This document shows positions 1 through 8,589 of a stretch of DNA of 64,000 nucleotides, in pieces. This DNA is from Candidatus Thorarchaeota archaeon (lineage in GTDB: Archaea > Asgardarchaeota > Thorarchaeia > Thorarchaeales > Thorarchaeaceae). The position numbers and the translations under genes are program-made. The first letter of the stretch is position 1. Each line of letters opens with the position of its first letter. The DNA lies in the NCBI GenBank assembly GCA_048882485.1, contig JBHLRP010000002.1, positions 6,527 through 70,526 on the forward strand, written 5' to 3'. The notes beneath the pieces were generated by a model. That model saw only the letters and a list, made by a program, of their open reading frames with translations, was not told the DNA's origin and made no database searches.

Positions 1-51
1 ACTGATCAGGCAAAGCCCGCTCTCAGCGATTATAAACAACGCTTGGATCAT
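1..51 (-). CDS. 5' end of a gene running off the window; longin-like N-terminus (MIQALFIIAESGLCLIS...)
   Basis: ATG at 51-49 with GAGGTG SD at 62-57; the M-I-x-x-h-F-I-I-x-x-S-G-L-C-L pattern is typical of the first beta-hairpin of longin/AP-sigma-like domains. Only 17 codons visible. Confidence 0.5.
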   Translation of the reverse strand, partial: MIQALFIIAESGLCLIS

Positions 52-219
52 GCAAGCACCTCATATGGCGTATGTCTTTAGTGTGAACGCGTTACCAATC
101 TAGTCTTATATCACTATTCGTGGTCTCCTAAACCAATAAGGCGCGGCCTTTATCAAGGTCACATACACGTTTCTTCTTGGTGAACCACTCTGGACACTGC
201 AAAGGATGCTAGAGTTCTG

Positions 220-888
220 GTGCTCGAAGATGCATTGAGGCGTCTGAACGAAATTGTCGGCAACCGGAAACTAAAGATGCACATTGAGTACACAAAACTG
301 GCAAGCACGTTGAAAACTGCGGGAACTTTGCTCTATGAGGTGAAGTATTCCTATGTTGATGCCAAGACCTTGGCTGAACTTGATTCGACGCGGAACCTTG
401 TTAGTGCAATTGCTGAATTTGCAGATTTGTTCAGAAATGCATCAAAATCACAGGCATACAAGCCACAATCCGTGAAAGAGAAGCTAGCTTTCACAGAAAC
501 ACAATACTCTCTTTCCATTGTGGAGGGGTTCGAACAGCGACTTCTGAGGGCTGATGATGACCCTGCTCGTGCAATTGACATTCTAGCTGTAGAAATCAGC
601 CAGACAAGATCTGTGGAAGGCTCTTCCAATCTCACAGAGTGTAGATGTACAGATGGCAGCCGCATTTGGACTATTGTAACGAATATAGCTAGGGTTGAAC
701 CTGGGATGAAGTTGGCATGTGCTATTCTTCCCCCGTCTGATATGATGGGCGTGGTGAGTGAGGCGATGTTTCTGGGTGGAGCGCCACTATCTGATGATAC
801 AGTGCTTGGGCCCATCAAGAATCCATTAAGTCAGGCAATGGACCAAACACGATCTCAGGTACTGCAAATAACCAGGAGGATGATCTAG
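220..888 (+). CDS. tRNA-binding OB-fold protein (Trbp111/CsaA/MetRS-C-like) with N-terminal helical extension
   Basis: C-terminal IVTNI...LPP..MMGVVSEAMFLG motif of the tRNA_bind domain. Confidence 0.8.
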   Translation: MLEDALRRLNEIVGNRKLKMHIEYTKLASTLKTAGTLLYEVKYSYVDAKTLAELDSTRNLVSAIAEFADLFRNASKSQAYKPQSVKEKLAFTETQYSLSIVEGFEQRLLRADDDPARAIDILAVEISQTRSVEGSSNLTECRCTDGSRIWTIVTNIARVEPGMKLACAILPPSDMMGVVSEAMFLGGAPLSDDTVLGPIKNPLSQAMDQTRSQVLQITRRMI

Positions 889-1227
889 GTGGATCTTAGT
901 GAGATTCAGAGGATAACATCGGAATTTGAGAAGGAGAGGGGATGGGACAAATTCAATCCGTCTCTTGTCTTTGCCCATCTCATCGAAGAACTCGGAGAAA
1001 TATCGCGCCACATCACTGTTGAGGCGGGGTACAAGGTTATTGGACTAGGTCATGATGCACCATCTCGAGATGAACTATCTCGAGAATTCGCCCAAGTCTT
1101 AGCCCTCTTCATACAGCTCGCCAACTTCTTTGAAGTGAATCTTGAGAAGAGCCTCCTTTCTGAGCTTGAAATCATGAAAGACCGCTTTCCTGCTGATAAA
1201 TGGTCTGAGCATATGAAAGATCTTTAG
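889..1227 (+). CDS. MazG-like nucleotide pyrophosphohydrolase
   Basis: RGW...HLIEELGEI...E.A motif; GGAGG SD upstream of GTG. Confidence 0.85.
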   Translation: MDLSEIQRITSEFEKERGWDKFNPSLVFAHLIEELGEISRHITVEAGYKVIGLGHDAPSRDELSREFAQVLALFIQLANFFEVNLEKSLLSELEIMKDRFPADKWSEHMKDL

Positions 1228-1476
1228 CTAATTGCCTTGCGTGATAGACTGAATGCCAAAGGTGACAACTGTCCGTATAACGCCTTCAGTTCCACGAAGT
1301 CTTTCATTGACGTAGTGATTAATCTCCTCTGTGTCTTCACCCTTGATTACAAGGAGCACATCGTATTCTCCGGTTGTAAGCCACGCCTCTTGGACAATCC
1401 TATCCTTCACTAGTTCCTTGACGATTCTCTCATCTTCACCTGGTGTGACTGACATACTAACAAAAGCAGTAATCAG
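1228..1476 (-). CDS. Lrp/AsnC ligand-binding (RAM) domain protein
   Basis: TTGEYDVLLVI...GVIRTVVT motif; frame extends to CTG at 1476 (MITAFVSMSVTPG) 9 nt after a GGAGG SD. Confidence 0.85.
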   Translation of the reverse strand: MITAFVSMSVTPGEDERIVKELVKDRIVQEAWLTTGEYDVLLVIKGEDTEEINHYVNERLRGTEGVIRTVVTFGIQSITQGN

Positions 1477-1573
1477 TACACAATCCCTCCTCTTTCTCCG
1501 ATGATAGAACTTCCTTTAATCCCAAACTTAGCATTTCTATCAAAAAACCCTCATAGAGAATCCATTGAAGTGT

Positions 1574-2005
1574 CTATTTCATCCTTCGAAATGCTTCAAG
1601 TTCCTTCTTTGCCATCTCTTCAAGATCTGTAGTTGCTGCTAAGAGGCCCCGTGCTTTATTGTATACAGCTTTGATGTTTTGCTCCTTTGCCCATTGAGCA
1701 AGGCCGCCAACAAGGGGTCCAAGTGCGGTTCTAGCCGCTTCAACTGTACCAACAGCTTTCCCGTAGAGTTCCATTGCGTTATGCTTATCCATTCCAGCTT
1801 CGGCAACTCTGAGCCAAACCAGAGCATGAATCATATGCAAGGCTTCAAGCATTAGAGTTGGTGACTTGGGGTTGTCCTGGACTCTTTGCAGGAATCTTTC
1901 TTTCCTGTCTTCGAAGACATCTTTGAAAACGCCGAATGCTTTCTTATGGTTCCCCTTCTCCAGTTCTATAATTCCTCTCTGAAGTTTTTCATCGGATTCA
2001 GACAC
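1574..2005 (-). CDS. hypothetical all-helical (TPR-like) protein
   Basis: 143-aa ORF with GGAG SD; amphipathic helices. Confidence 0.6.
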   Translation of the reverse strand: MSESDEKLQRGIIELEKGNHKKAFGVFKDVFEDRKERFLQRVQDNPKSPTLMLEALHMIHALVWLRVAEAGMDKHNAMELYGKAVGTVEAARTALGPLVGGLAQWAKEQNIKAVYNKARGLLAATTDLEEMAKKELEAFRRMK

Positions 2006-2187
2006 TGCTTGAACACTCCTTGACCTTAGGGTTTGGGCCGATTCACTGAAGAAGCCCGCACTATTATGGGTTTCTCCTTTGTTTCCTTATTCAGTGGGTG
2101 TATTACTCTAATAAACGACAACTCGGAACTTTTATCTAATGGACAAGAAGACCCGCCTCCCGTGAGCCCCAAACCAGAGGTTGTTTC

Positions 2188-3783
2188 ATGACGAAGACTA
2201 CTCTAACATTTCAGGAGTTAAAGAGAACTAACCACCGTGAAATCAAGCAAATGCAGGACCGGAAATTTCGGGCATTCATTCGATATCAGATATGGCCCAA
2301 CCATCCCTATTACAGGCGGCTGTTCAAAGAAAACGATATTGATCCTTACAATATCAGCTGCATCGAAGATTGGGCGAAATATCAGATTCCACTTGTTAGG
2401 AAGACCGACTACAAAGATAACCTTACACAATTTGTGCTGAATCCGTCTGAGGTCGATGGCAAAGAGCGAGATCCTGCGGAGATTGTTCGAAATTTGATGG
2501 ATTTTTCCAAGGAAACAGGGAACAAGCATCAGTACAATTTTCTGCGCAACAATGGGGCACGCGTGAAGCTAAAGATTGGAGCTTCAGCAGCGATGGATCG
2601 AATTAAGGAGAGATTGACATATACCTATTCTCCACTTCAATACTGGCTGAGTTCCGGAAGGGCATCAGGATTGCCATCACCAGTGTTTCTGACACGCTAT
2701 GACAATGAACTGCTATCCAGCAATAGTGCGAAGTGTGGCCAGCTTGCCATTGATCCCTTTATCGACGGCGGGTGGGAGGCTTCTAGCATGAATCTGTTTC
2801 CGTATGCTCCACATCTGGGCTGGCATGCTGTCAATGAAGGTCTCAAGCAGATTAGCAAATTCTATAATGCCACAAGTGCAGGTGGAGCGATACCCAGTGA
2901 AAAGCTCGTGGAGCTCGCAAGGACCTTCAAATCAAACGCTTTTACTGGAATGCCGAGCTATCTCAGAAACAGGTTCTTCCGAGCTATGAAGGAAGACGCC
3001 GACTATGAAGCTCCTGAGAAAGTAGTTGTACTACTTGCAGGAGAGAAAATCTACCCCCGAGTTGCTGATGATATCACGCAAATCTTGACTGAGAAGGGAG
3101 CAAAGGAAGTCAGAATCGTTGGGGGATATGCATCATCAGAGAGCAAGGTTTCGTTTGCAGTTCAATGTGAATACGATGGACCTTATCATAACTTGTCTCC
3201 TCTTATGATGTCATGGGAATTCATTAGGCTGAATGATGATGGAAGCTATGAGTTTGTGGGAGAGGATGAACCGGGTCACACATTGCTCTTTCATCTAGAC
3301 AGCACTGGAACAGTCTTTGAAGGCTTTCTATTGGGAGACGTTGCATCAAAGCATGAGCGTGGAAAATGTCCATGTTGTGGAATAGATGGTCCCTTTTTCT
3401 GGGACATAGGTCGTACCAACGATGCCCAGGCTCAGATTGAGGTGATGGGTCTTGCTGAGAAGAAGATTAAAGGCGCAACAGTCAATCTCACTGCTTTAAG
3501 GGCTGATTTGTTGAAGCTTTCAGAAATTGAGGAGTTACAGATTGAGGTAGCCAAAGAGGACATGACTGATCCCTATAGTATGGATGTACTCAATCTCTAT
3601 GTGGCTCCAAAGGATGGACCAGGAGGCAACAATGAATCTCTCATCCTCGAGATTCAGAGGCTAACGAAAATCAGCACAGAAGTAACCCCCGGCATATTCA
3701 TCGTATCCTTCGAGGAATTGCTAGAACGGGCCGGTGGAATGAAATTCATGGAGATTCTCGATGCTCGTCCGAAACCAGCCTAG
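2188..3783 (+). CDS. phenylacetate-CoA ligase/coenzyme F390 synthetase-like adenylate-forming enzyme
   Basis: HPYYRRLF, SSGRASG P-loop variant, GMPSY, GYASSE, GDVA...CPCCG...GR motifs. Confidence 0.8.
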   Translation: MTKTTLTFQELKRTNHREIKQMQDRKFRAFIRYQIWPNHPYYRRLFKENDIDPYNISCIEDWAKYQIPLVRKTDYKDNLTQFVLNPSEVDGKERDPAEIVRNLMDFSKETGNKHQYNFLRNNGARVKLKIGASAAMDRIKERLTYTYSPLQYWLSSGRASGLPSPVFLTRYDNELLSSNSAKCGQLAIDPFIDGGWEASSMNLFPYAPHLGWHAVNEGLKQISKFYNATSAGGAIPSEKLVELARTFKSNAFTGMPSYLRNRFFRAMKEDADYEAPEKVVVLLAGEKIYPRVADDITQILTEKGAKEVRIVGGYASSESKVSFAVQCEYDGPYHNLSPLMMSWEFIRLNDDGSYEFVGEDEPGHTLLFHLDSTGTVFEGFLLGDVASKHERGKCPCCGIDGPFFWDIGRTNDAQAQIEVMGLAEKKIKGATVNLTALRADLLKLSEIEELQIEVAKEDMTDPYSMDVLNLYVAPKDGPGGNNESLILEIQRLTKISTEVTPGIFIVSFEELLERAGGMKFMEILDARPKPA

Positions 3784-3841
3784 AGTCAAGTCCGGAGATA
3801 TTATAAGGCGCAGAAAGCGCTTCGCCAAATAGGTGGGCTAA

Positions 3842-4768
3842 TTGGCATTCGAAGATGTAGAGAAACCGGATTATGTCGACGACCAGTATGCAATTGGATT
3901 GAGTACTCAGGTTTCCACTGTCCTAAGCCTATTTGGGAGAAGAATTTCTGCCTACATAGGCATCATGATGGTTCCTGTGATCTACAGTTTCATTTACAGC
4001 GCAATAATATACCTAGTCTTCGGAGAAGAGATGCTCCTATACATTGGATATCTAGGCTCTGAACCCGTTTCTTTTATTTATGGCACGTACCTGCTCCTAG
4101 GCGAACCAATTCCTCCCGGAGTGTTCGTCCCATATGTAGGTGTGGGTGGTGTCTTGATGCTGATTGGCTTCGTTCTAAATTTGCTCGCACTTGGTGCAGC
4201 AGTTAGCATAGCACTTCGAACTTACACTGGACAGGACTCTTCGATGGGGTCTGGGTTTGGTTCTGCCCTTGAACGATTCCCTACTCTACTAGTCGTCGCG
4301 TTGATCATTGGTTCAATATATGCAATAATCATGGTACCGATTCAAGAATCCCTAGTCCTGATTCTTAACGCAATGGAAGTCATGGATTTTGATGCGATGA
4401 CACAGGCATTAAGTACGATTCTGGTTCTGGTTATTGTCTATGTCTTGGTGGTGACATTCTTCTATCCTAATGCAGCGGTGGTCATGGGAGAAGACATGGG
4501 TGCAGGAAGATCAATTAGCAGGACCTTCAGTATCACGAGGAGCAGCTTTCTACATACTCTAGGAGGTATCATTCTATTTCATATCATCTTGATTGTTATT
4601 ACGATAGTAATTGAGCTGGGCCTTATTCTATTGCTAGGCGCTCCTGCAGTGCTCATTGCCCCGTTTGCAACTATGCTGCTTATAACGCCTCTTACCTACA
4701 TATACCAGGGTGTTCTCTACAAGGATTTGGCGGCAAGAACTGTTCAGACAAAGCAGGAATACTGGTAA
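3842..4768 (+). CDS. multi-pass membrane protein (DUF975/GDPD-membrane-domain-like)
   Basis: ~6 hydrophobic helices; terminal LYKDL motif. Confidence 0.65.
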   Translation: MAFEDVEKPDYVDDQYAIGLSTQVSTVLSLFGRRISAYIGIMMVPVIYSFIYSAIIYLVFGEEMLLYIGYLGSEPVSFIYGTYLLLGEPIPPGVFVPYVGVGGVLMLIGFVLNLLALGAAVSIALRTYTGQDSSMGSGFGSALERFPTLLVVALIIGSIYAIIMVPIQESLVLILNAMEVMDFDAMTQALSTILVLVIVYVLVVTFFYPNAAVVMGEDMGAGRSISRTFSITRSSFLHTLGGIILFHIILIVITIVIELGLILLLGAPAVLIAPFATMLLITPLTYIYQGVLYKDLAARTVQTKQEYW

Positions 4769-4807
4769 AGAAAGCCTATACCCGGGAGCAATCCTGGGCG
4801 TCCTTTC

Positions 4808-6142
4808 CTATTTCTTCAAACCTTCTTTCTCAGCAAACTCCGAGAGAATGTCTTCGAGATTTGGTCGGCCAATCTCCTGTAGGTCATATCTGATCCTGAC
4901 ACTCGGTTTGTTGATTTTGATGAGTCGCCCCAGGTCAATTGGAGTGCCAATCACAACCGCGTCAACATCAGCCTTATTGATTGTGTCTTCGAGTTCCTTC
5001 ATCTGCGTCCTGCCATATCCCATCGCAGGTAGGACATCCTCCAGGTGGTAGTACTTTTCAAAAGTGTCATTAATTGAGCCAACGGCAAAAGGCCTTGGAT
5101 CAACAATTTCTGCTCCAGCCTTCCTGGCTGCAATGTATCCAGCGCCATAAGGCATGTCACCATGAGTGACAGTAGGCCCATCCTCAACAACAAGTACTCG
5201 TTTTCCGCGAATGATGCTCATGTCTTCTATAGTGACAGGCGAGGCAGCCTCAATGACGATTGCATTCGGATTGACACGCATGATGTTATCTCTGACCTCT
5301 TCAACAAAGTCATAGTCGGCAGTATCGACCTTGTTAATGATGACAACATCAGCCATCCTAAGGTTGGTTTCGCCGGGATAATAGGAAACTTCATGCCCTG
5401 GTCTATGTGGGTCGGTAATCACGATGTAGAGATCAGGACGATAAAACGCAAAGTCATTGTTGCCTCCATCCCACGTAATCACATCAGCTTCCTCTTCTGC
5501 TTGCCTCAGTATCTTACCATAGTCAATGCCAGCATAGAGAATCACTCCCATGTTTATCATAGGTTCATATTCTTCCCGTTCCTCAATTGTGCAGTTGTAT
5601 TTGTCCAAATCCTCTAGAAGCTCATAGCGCTGTGCTATCTGAGTTGTGAGATCTGGATCATATGGCATCGGATGGCGAATGTTAACAGGCGTGAGACCCA
5701 TATCAACCAGAATTTGATTCACTCGCCGAGAGGTCTGGCTTTTTCCGCATCCCGTTCTAACAGCGCAGACCGCAACGACTGGTTTCTTGCTCTTCAGCAT
5801 CGTTGTATTGGTGCCCATGAGTCTGATGTCCGCACCAATGCTATTCACCCACGCAATCTTGTGACCTACTGTGTCATATGAAAGGTCTGAATATGCCAGG
5901 ATGCACTGTTCTGCTTCAAACTTCTCAACCAATTCTGGCAGCATGTCTTCAGGGTAAATCTTGATGCCATCAGGATAAAGGTCCCCAGATAATTCTGGAG
6001 GATACAGCCTATCCTCAATGCCCGGTATCTGCTCAGCTGTGAATGCAACAACCTCATAGTCCTCATTGTTACGAAAGAATACGTTGAAGTTATGGAAATC
6101 CCGGCCAGCTGCGCCCATGATTATTACTTTCTTTCTGGTCAT
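4808..6142 (-). CDS. P-loop protein of the cyclic 2,3-diphosphoglycerate synthetase family; probable arginine synthetase (ArcE-type)
   Basis: N-terminal IMGAAGRDFHNFN, AVRTGCGKSQT P-loop, RHPMPY, TIEEREEYEP, WDGGNND, EDGPTVTHG. Confidence 0.8.
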   Translation of the reverse strand: MTRKKVIIMGAAGRDFHNFNVFFRNNEDYEVVAFTAEQIPGIEDRLYPPELSGDLYPDGIKIYPEDMLPELVEKFEAEQCILAYSDLSYDTVGHKIAWVNSIGADIRLMGTNTTMLKSKKPVVAVCAVRTGCGKSQTSRRVNQILVDMGLTPVNIRHPMPYDPDLTTQIAQRYELLEDLDKYNCTIEEREEYEPMINMGVILYAGIDYGKILRQAEEEADVITWDGGNNDFAFYRPDLYIVITDPHRPGHEVSYYPGETNLRMADVVIINKVDTADYDFVEEVRDNIMRVNPNAIVIEAASPVTIEDMSIIRGKRVLVVEDGPTVTHGDMPYGAGYIAARKAGAEIVDPRPFAVGSINDTFEKYYHLEDVLPAMGYGRTQMKELEDTINKADVDAVVIGTPIDLGRLIKINKPSVRIRYDLQEIGRPNLEDILSEFAEKEGLKK

Positions 6143-6396
6143 TGGAATCTCTCCGTTGAAACTTGTCAGAAACGTTTGAATTAGCCAGAGGTGCGTGTTA
6201 AGTAATTAACGGTGGATACCCTCATCAAAACACCGTCGATTTTTCGAAAATTCGTTCCAATAATGATAATTATGGTTATCAGTGAATAAGTTCGGAAAAT
6301 CGAGACATAACACCTACCTTTAAATAGAGTCGATGATTCCTATAGTGGAAGAGTGCCATGTGGAAACTCTAGCCGGCTTGTCAGTGGGGTGCGACT

Positions 6397-6951
6397 TTGA
6401 AACTTGTAGATTTGGCAAAAACTGCTCTTAGAATACTACAGGGACGTGGGGAGGAAGGGATTAGGAGCGATGAATTAGCTGAGCAACTTAATACTCCCAA
6501 ACGGCGAATCTATGATGTAATAGCTGTTCTAAAAGCTCTAGGACAAGTATCAACAAAACGTCGGTTTGATGGAACTACTATCACTTGGATCGATCAAACC
6601 CGAAATCTGGTTTCAAAGGCTCAGTATGATGAGATTGCTGCAAAATTCGAGGAGGCAGATTGTGAGCGAATCGACCTTCAGCTCCAGCTAGTTCAATTGA
6701 AGGAGCAGCTTCGAATAGCAAAGACAAAGCTGCGCAGAGACGTCAAGGCAGTCGAAGCCGCAGATAGGACGGAGTTCGACACGACGCAATTGCGAGTAAG
6801 AGCTCTCTCACATTCAGGGATAAAGAAGGTTAGTCAATCTGGAATTGATGTAGTTATTGAGGCCCATGAATCTGGCATAGTAGTAGATCCTACCGTAGTA
6901 GAACCTGATGAGAACGAGCTACTTCTACGGAACCTTCAGCAGAGCCTATAG
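6397..6951 (+). CDS. E2F/DP-like winged-helix protein with coiled coil
   Basis: LAEQL..PKRRIYDVIAVLKALG..(W) matches the E2F/DP RRxYD signature; heptad region follows. Confidence 0.7.
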   Translation: MKLVDLAKTALRILQGRGEEGIRSDELAEQLNTPKRRIYDVIAVLKALGQVSTKRRFDGTTITWIDQTRNLVSKAQYDEIAAKFEEADCERIDLQLQLVQLKEQLRIAKTKLRRDVKAVEAADRTEFDTTQLRVRALSHSGIKKVSQSGIDVVIEAHESGIVVDPTVVEPDENELLLRNLQQSL

Positions 6952-6958
6952 AGCCCCA

Positions 6959-7357
6959 TCACTTTGCTCTGAGCAAGGCCTTGCTTCCCCGTTTGATGCT
7001 CTTAAGTTGGTTCAGCTTTTCCCCGTCTGATTCTATATGCCCGATGACTGTGACCGGGCTGAAGGTGGTTTTCTCAGTAATATAGATACAGAGATTGTCG
7101 CCCAAGGGCATGTATGCTATATCTCCTCGTTTTACGTCCTTAGTCGGCTTTATGTTGCCTCTTCCTATGCCGAGCGTTATTTGCATCTCATCACGCATCA
7201 GCGCAGCTCTGCCTTCAAGCGGCAGCTTTGATTTGATGTCTTCGATAATTAGGGGCGCCATCACTCTTTGTAGAACTGCACTCAGAACAAGTTCCCCCTC
7301 AAACTCCACATCCACTGGCAGGTCGCTCTCACTCATCTGAAACACCATTGCCACCAA
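6959..7357 (-). CDS. cyclophilin-like fold protein (DUF369/TM1367-like)
   Basis: AP..I..KLP, VKRGDIAYMPLGDNLCIY, PVTVIGHI. Confidence 0.75.
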   Translation of the reverse strand: MVAMVFQMSESDLPVDVEFEGELVLSAVLQRVMAPLIIEDIKSKLPLEGRAALMRDEMQITLGIGRGNIKPTKDVKRGDIAYMPLGDNLCIYITEKTTFSPVTVIGHIESDGEKLNQLKSIKRGSKALLRAK

Positions 7358-7432
7358 ATTGAATTAAGCTACTAAAATCTCCTACGTCTGCTCCCTCAGC
7401 AAAGGCTTAATTGTGGCATATTCTAGGTTCAA

Positions 7433-8575
7433 ATGGAGTGGATTGGGCTGCAGCGAGCCAAACTTGACGTTGCCTTTGTGGTCGATACGACCGGTTCAAT
7501 GAAAGATGACATTCGTGCAGTGAAAGACAGCCTGTTTGACATTGTCGACAAAATAACTACACGAACCAAGGAATTGAGTATACGATTCGCGATAGTTTCC
7601 TACCGTGACCATCCTCCTCAGGATCACTCCTATGTGACGCGGATTTTCGATTTCTCAGAACGTATCAAGAATGTACATAGGGAGATATCGAATCTTAATC
7701 CTTCTCAGGGCGGTGATACGCCGGAAGCTGTCGGTGATGGACTATTTGATGCTAGGACAAAGCTCTCATGGGATGAACATGCCTACAAGGCATTGCTGCT
7801 TGTTGGTGATGCACCACCGCATGGCCGAAAGTATAACTCCCTAAGCGATGATTACTTTCCGGACGGGTGCCCCAAAGGTCATGACCCTCAGAGGGAAGTG
7901 CAATCTCTCAAGAGCCGATACGGGGAAACTGTATTCATTTTCGTTTGTGGCTGCAATCCTCTTGTAAAAGAATCATTCAAAAGCATCGCAGATTCCGTAG
8001 ATGGAGGGCGATACTATTCTCTGCAGGAGGCACACGAATTACCGGAAGCTATTCTTCGAATCCTTGAAGGGGTAAGCGATCTTATTGAATCTGATCGAAG
8101 AGTTCTTTCCTACTATGAGGCAAATGACGGGACATTTGACATCGGGGAGGCCGCAGTTCAGCTTGGATTGGAGATTAGAGATGTAAAGACATCGCTCTCA
8201 CGGCTCCTTGAGCTCAGCAAAATTGCTAGATGGCCAAAGGGACGTCCGCTTGCAGCATCAAAGATGGGAATGAGTGTTGAGCTTGGTGAAGTCCCTGACG
8301 CTCTGATCGCAGGAAGACCATTCATGTATGACTTGAGAGTGAAGAATCCGAGTCGAGCTGTCATAGGAATCCGTCTTATCGTCACATTGATCACGCCTGA
8401 AGGAGTGTCTGAGGTCACGAATGAGAAGCATGAAATTGGCCCCAATTCTGAACGACTTATTGAGTCGCAGCTCACGCCGATGACAGATGAAAAAGGTAAG
8501 GCAAGTATTCGTGTTGAGGTCATGTATGGGTCCAAATCCCTTGCGACTGCGATATACAATACCCGTCTGTATTAG
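7433..8575 (+). CDS. vWA domain protein with C-terminal winged helix and beta-sandwich domains
   Basis: MIDAS DTTGSM, YRDHPPQD, GGDTPEAV, GDAPPHG. Confidence 0.8.
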   Translation: MEWIGLQRAKLDVAFVVDTTGSMKDDIRAVKDSLFDIVDKITTRTKELSIRFAIVSYRDHPPQDHSYVTRIFDFSERIKNVHREISNLNPSQGGDTPEAVGDGLFDARTKLSWDEHAYKALLLVGDAPPHGRKYNSLSDDYFPDGCPKGHDPQREVQSLKSRYGETVFIFVCGCNPLVKESFKSIADSVDGGRYYSLQEAHELPEAILRILEGVSDLIESDRRVLSYYEANDGTFDIGEAAVQLGLEIRDVKTSLSRLLELSKIARWPKGRPLAASKMGMSVELGEVPDALIAGRPFMYDLRVKNPSRAVIGIRLIVTLITPEGVSEVTNEKHEIGPNSERLIESQLTPMTDEKGKASIRVEVMYGSKSLATAIYNTRLY

Positions 8576-8589
8576 GTGCGTGGCTGGTC

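Noticed and set aside
880-895. In-frame TAG directly followed by GTG (possible amber/pyrrolysine readthrough fusing the tRNA-binding and MazG genes)
   Set aside because: The downstream gene has its own GGAGG SD and both products are complete domains; simple operon packing explains it.
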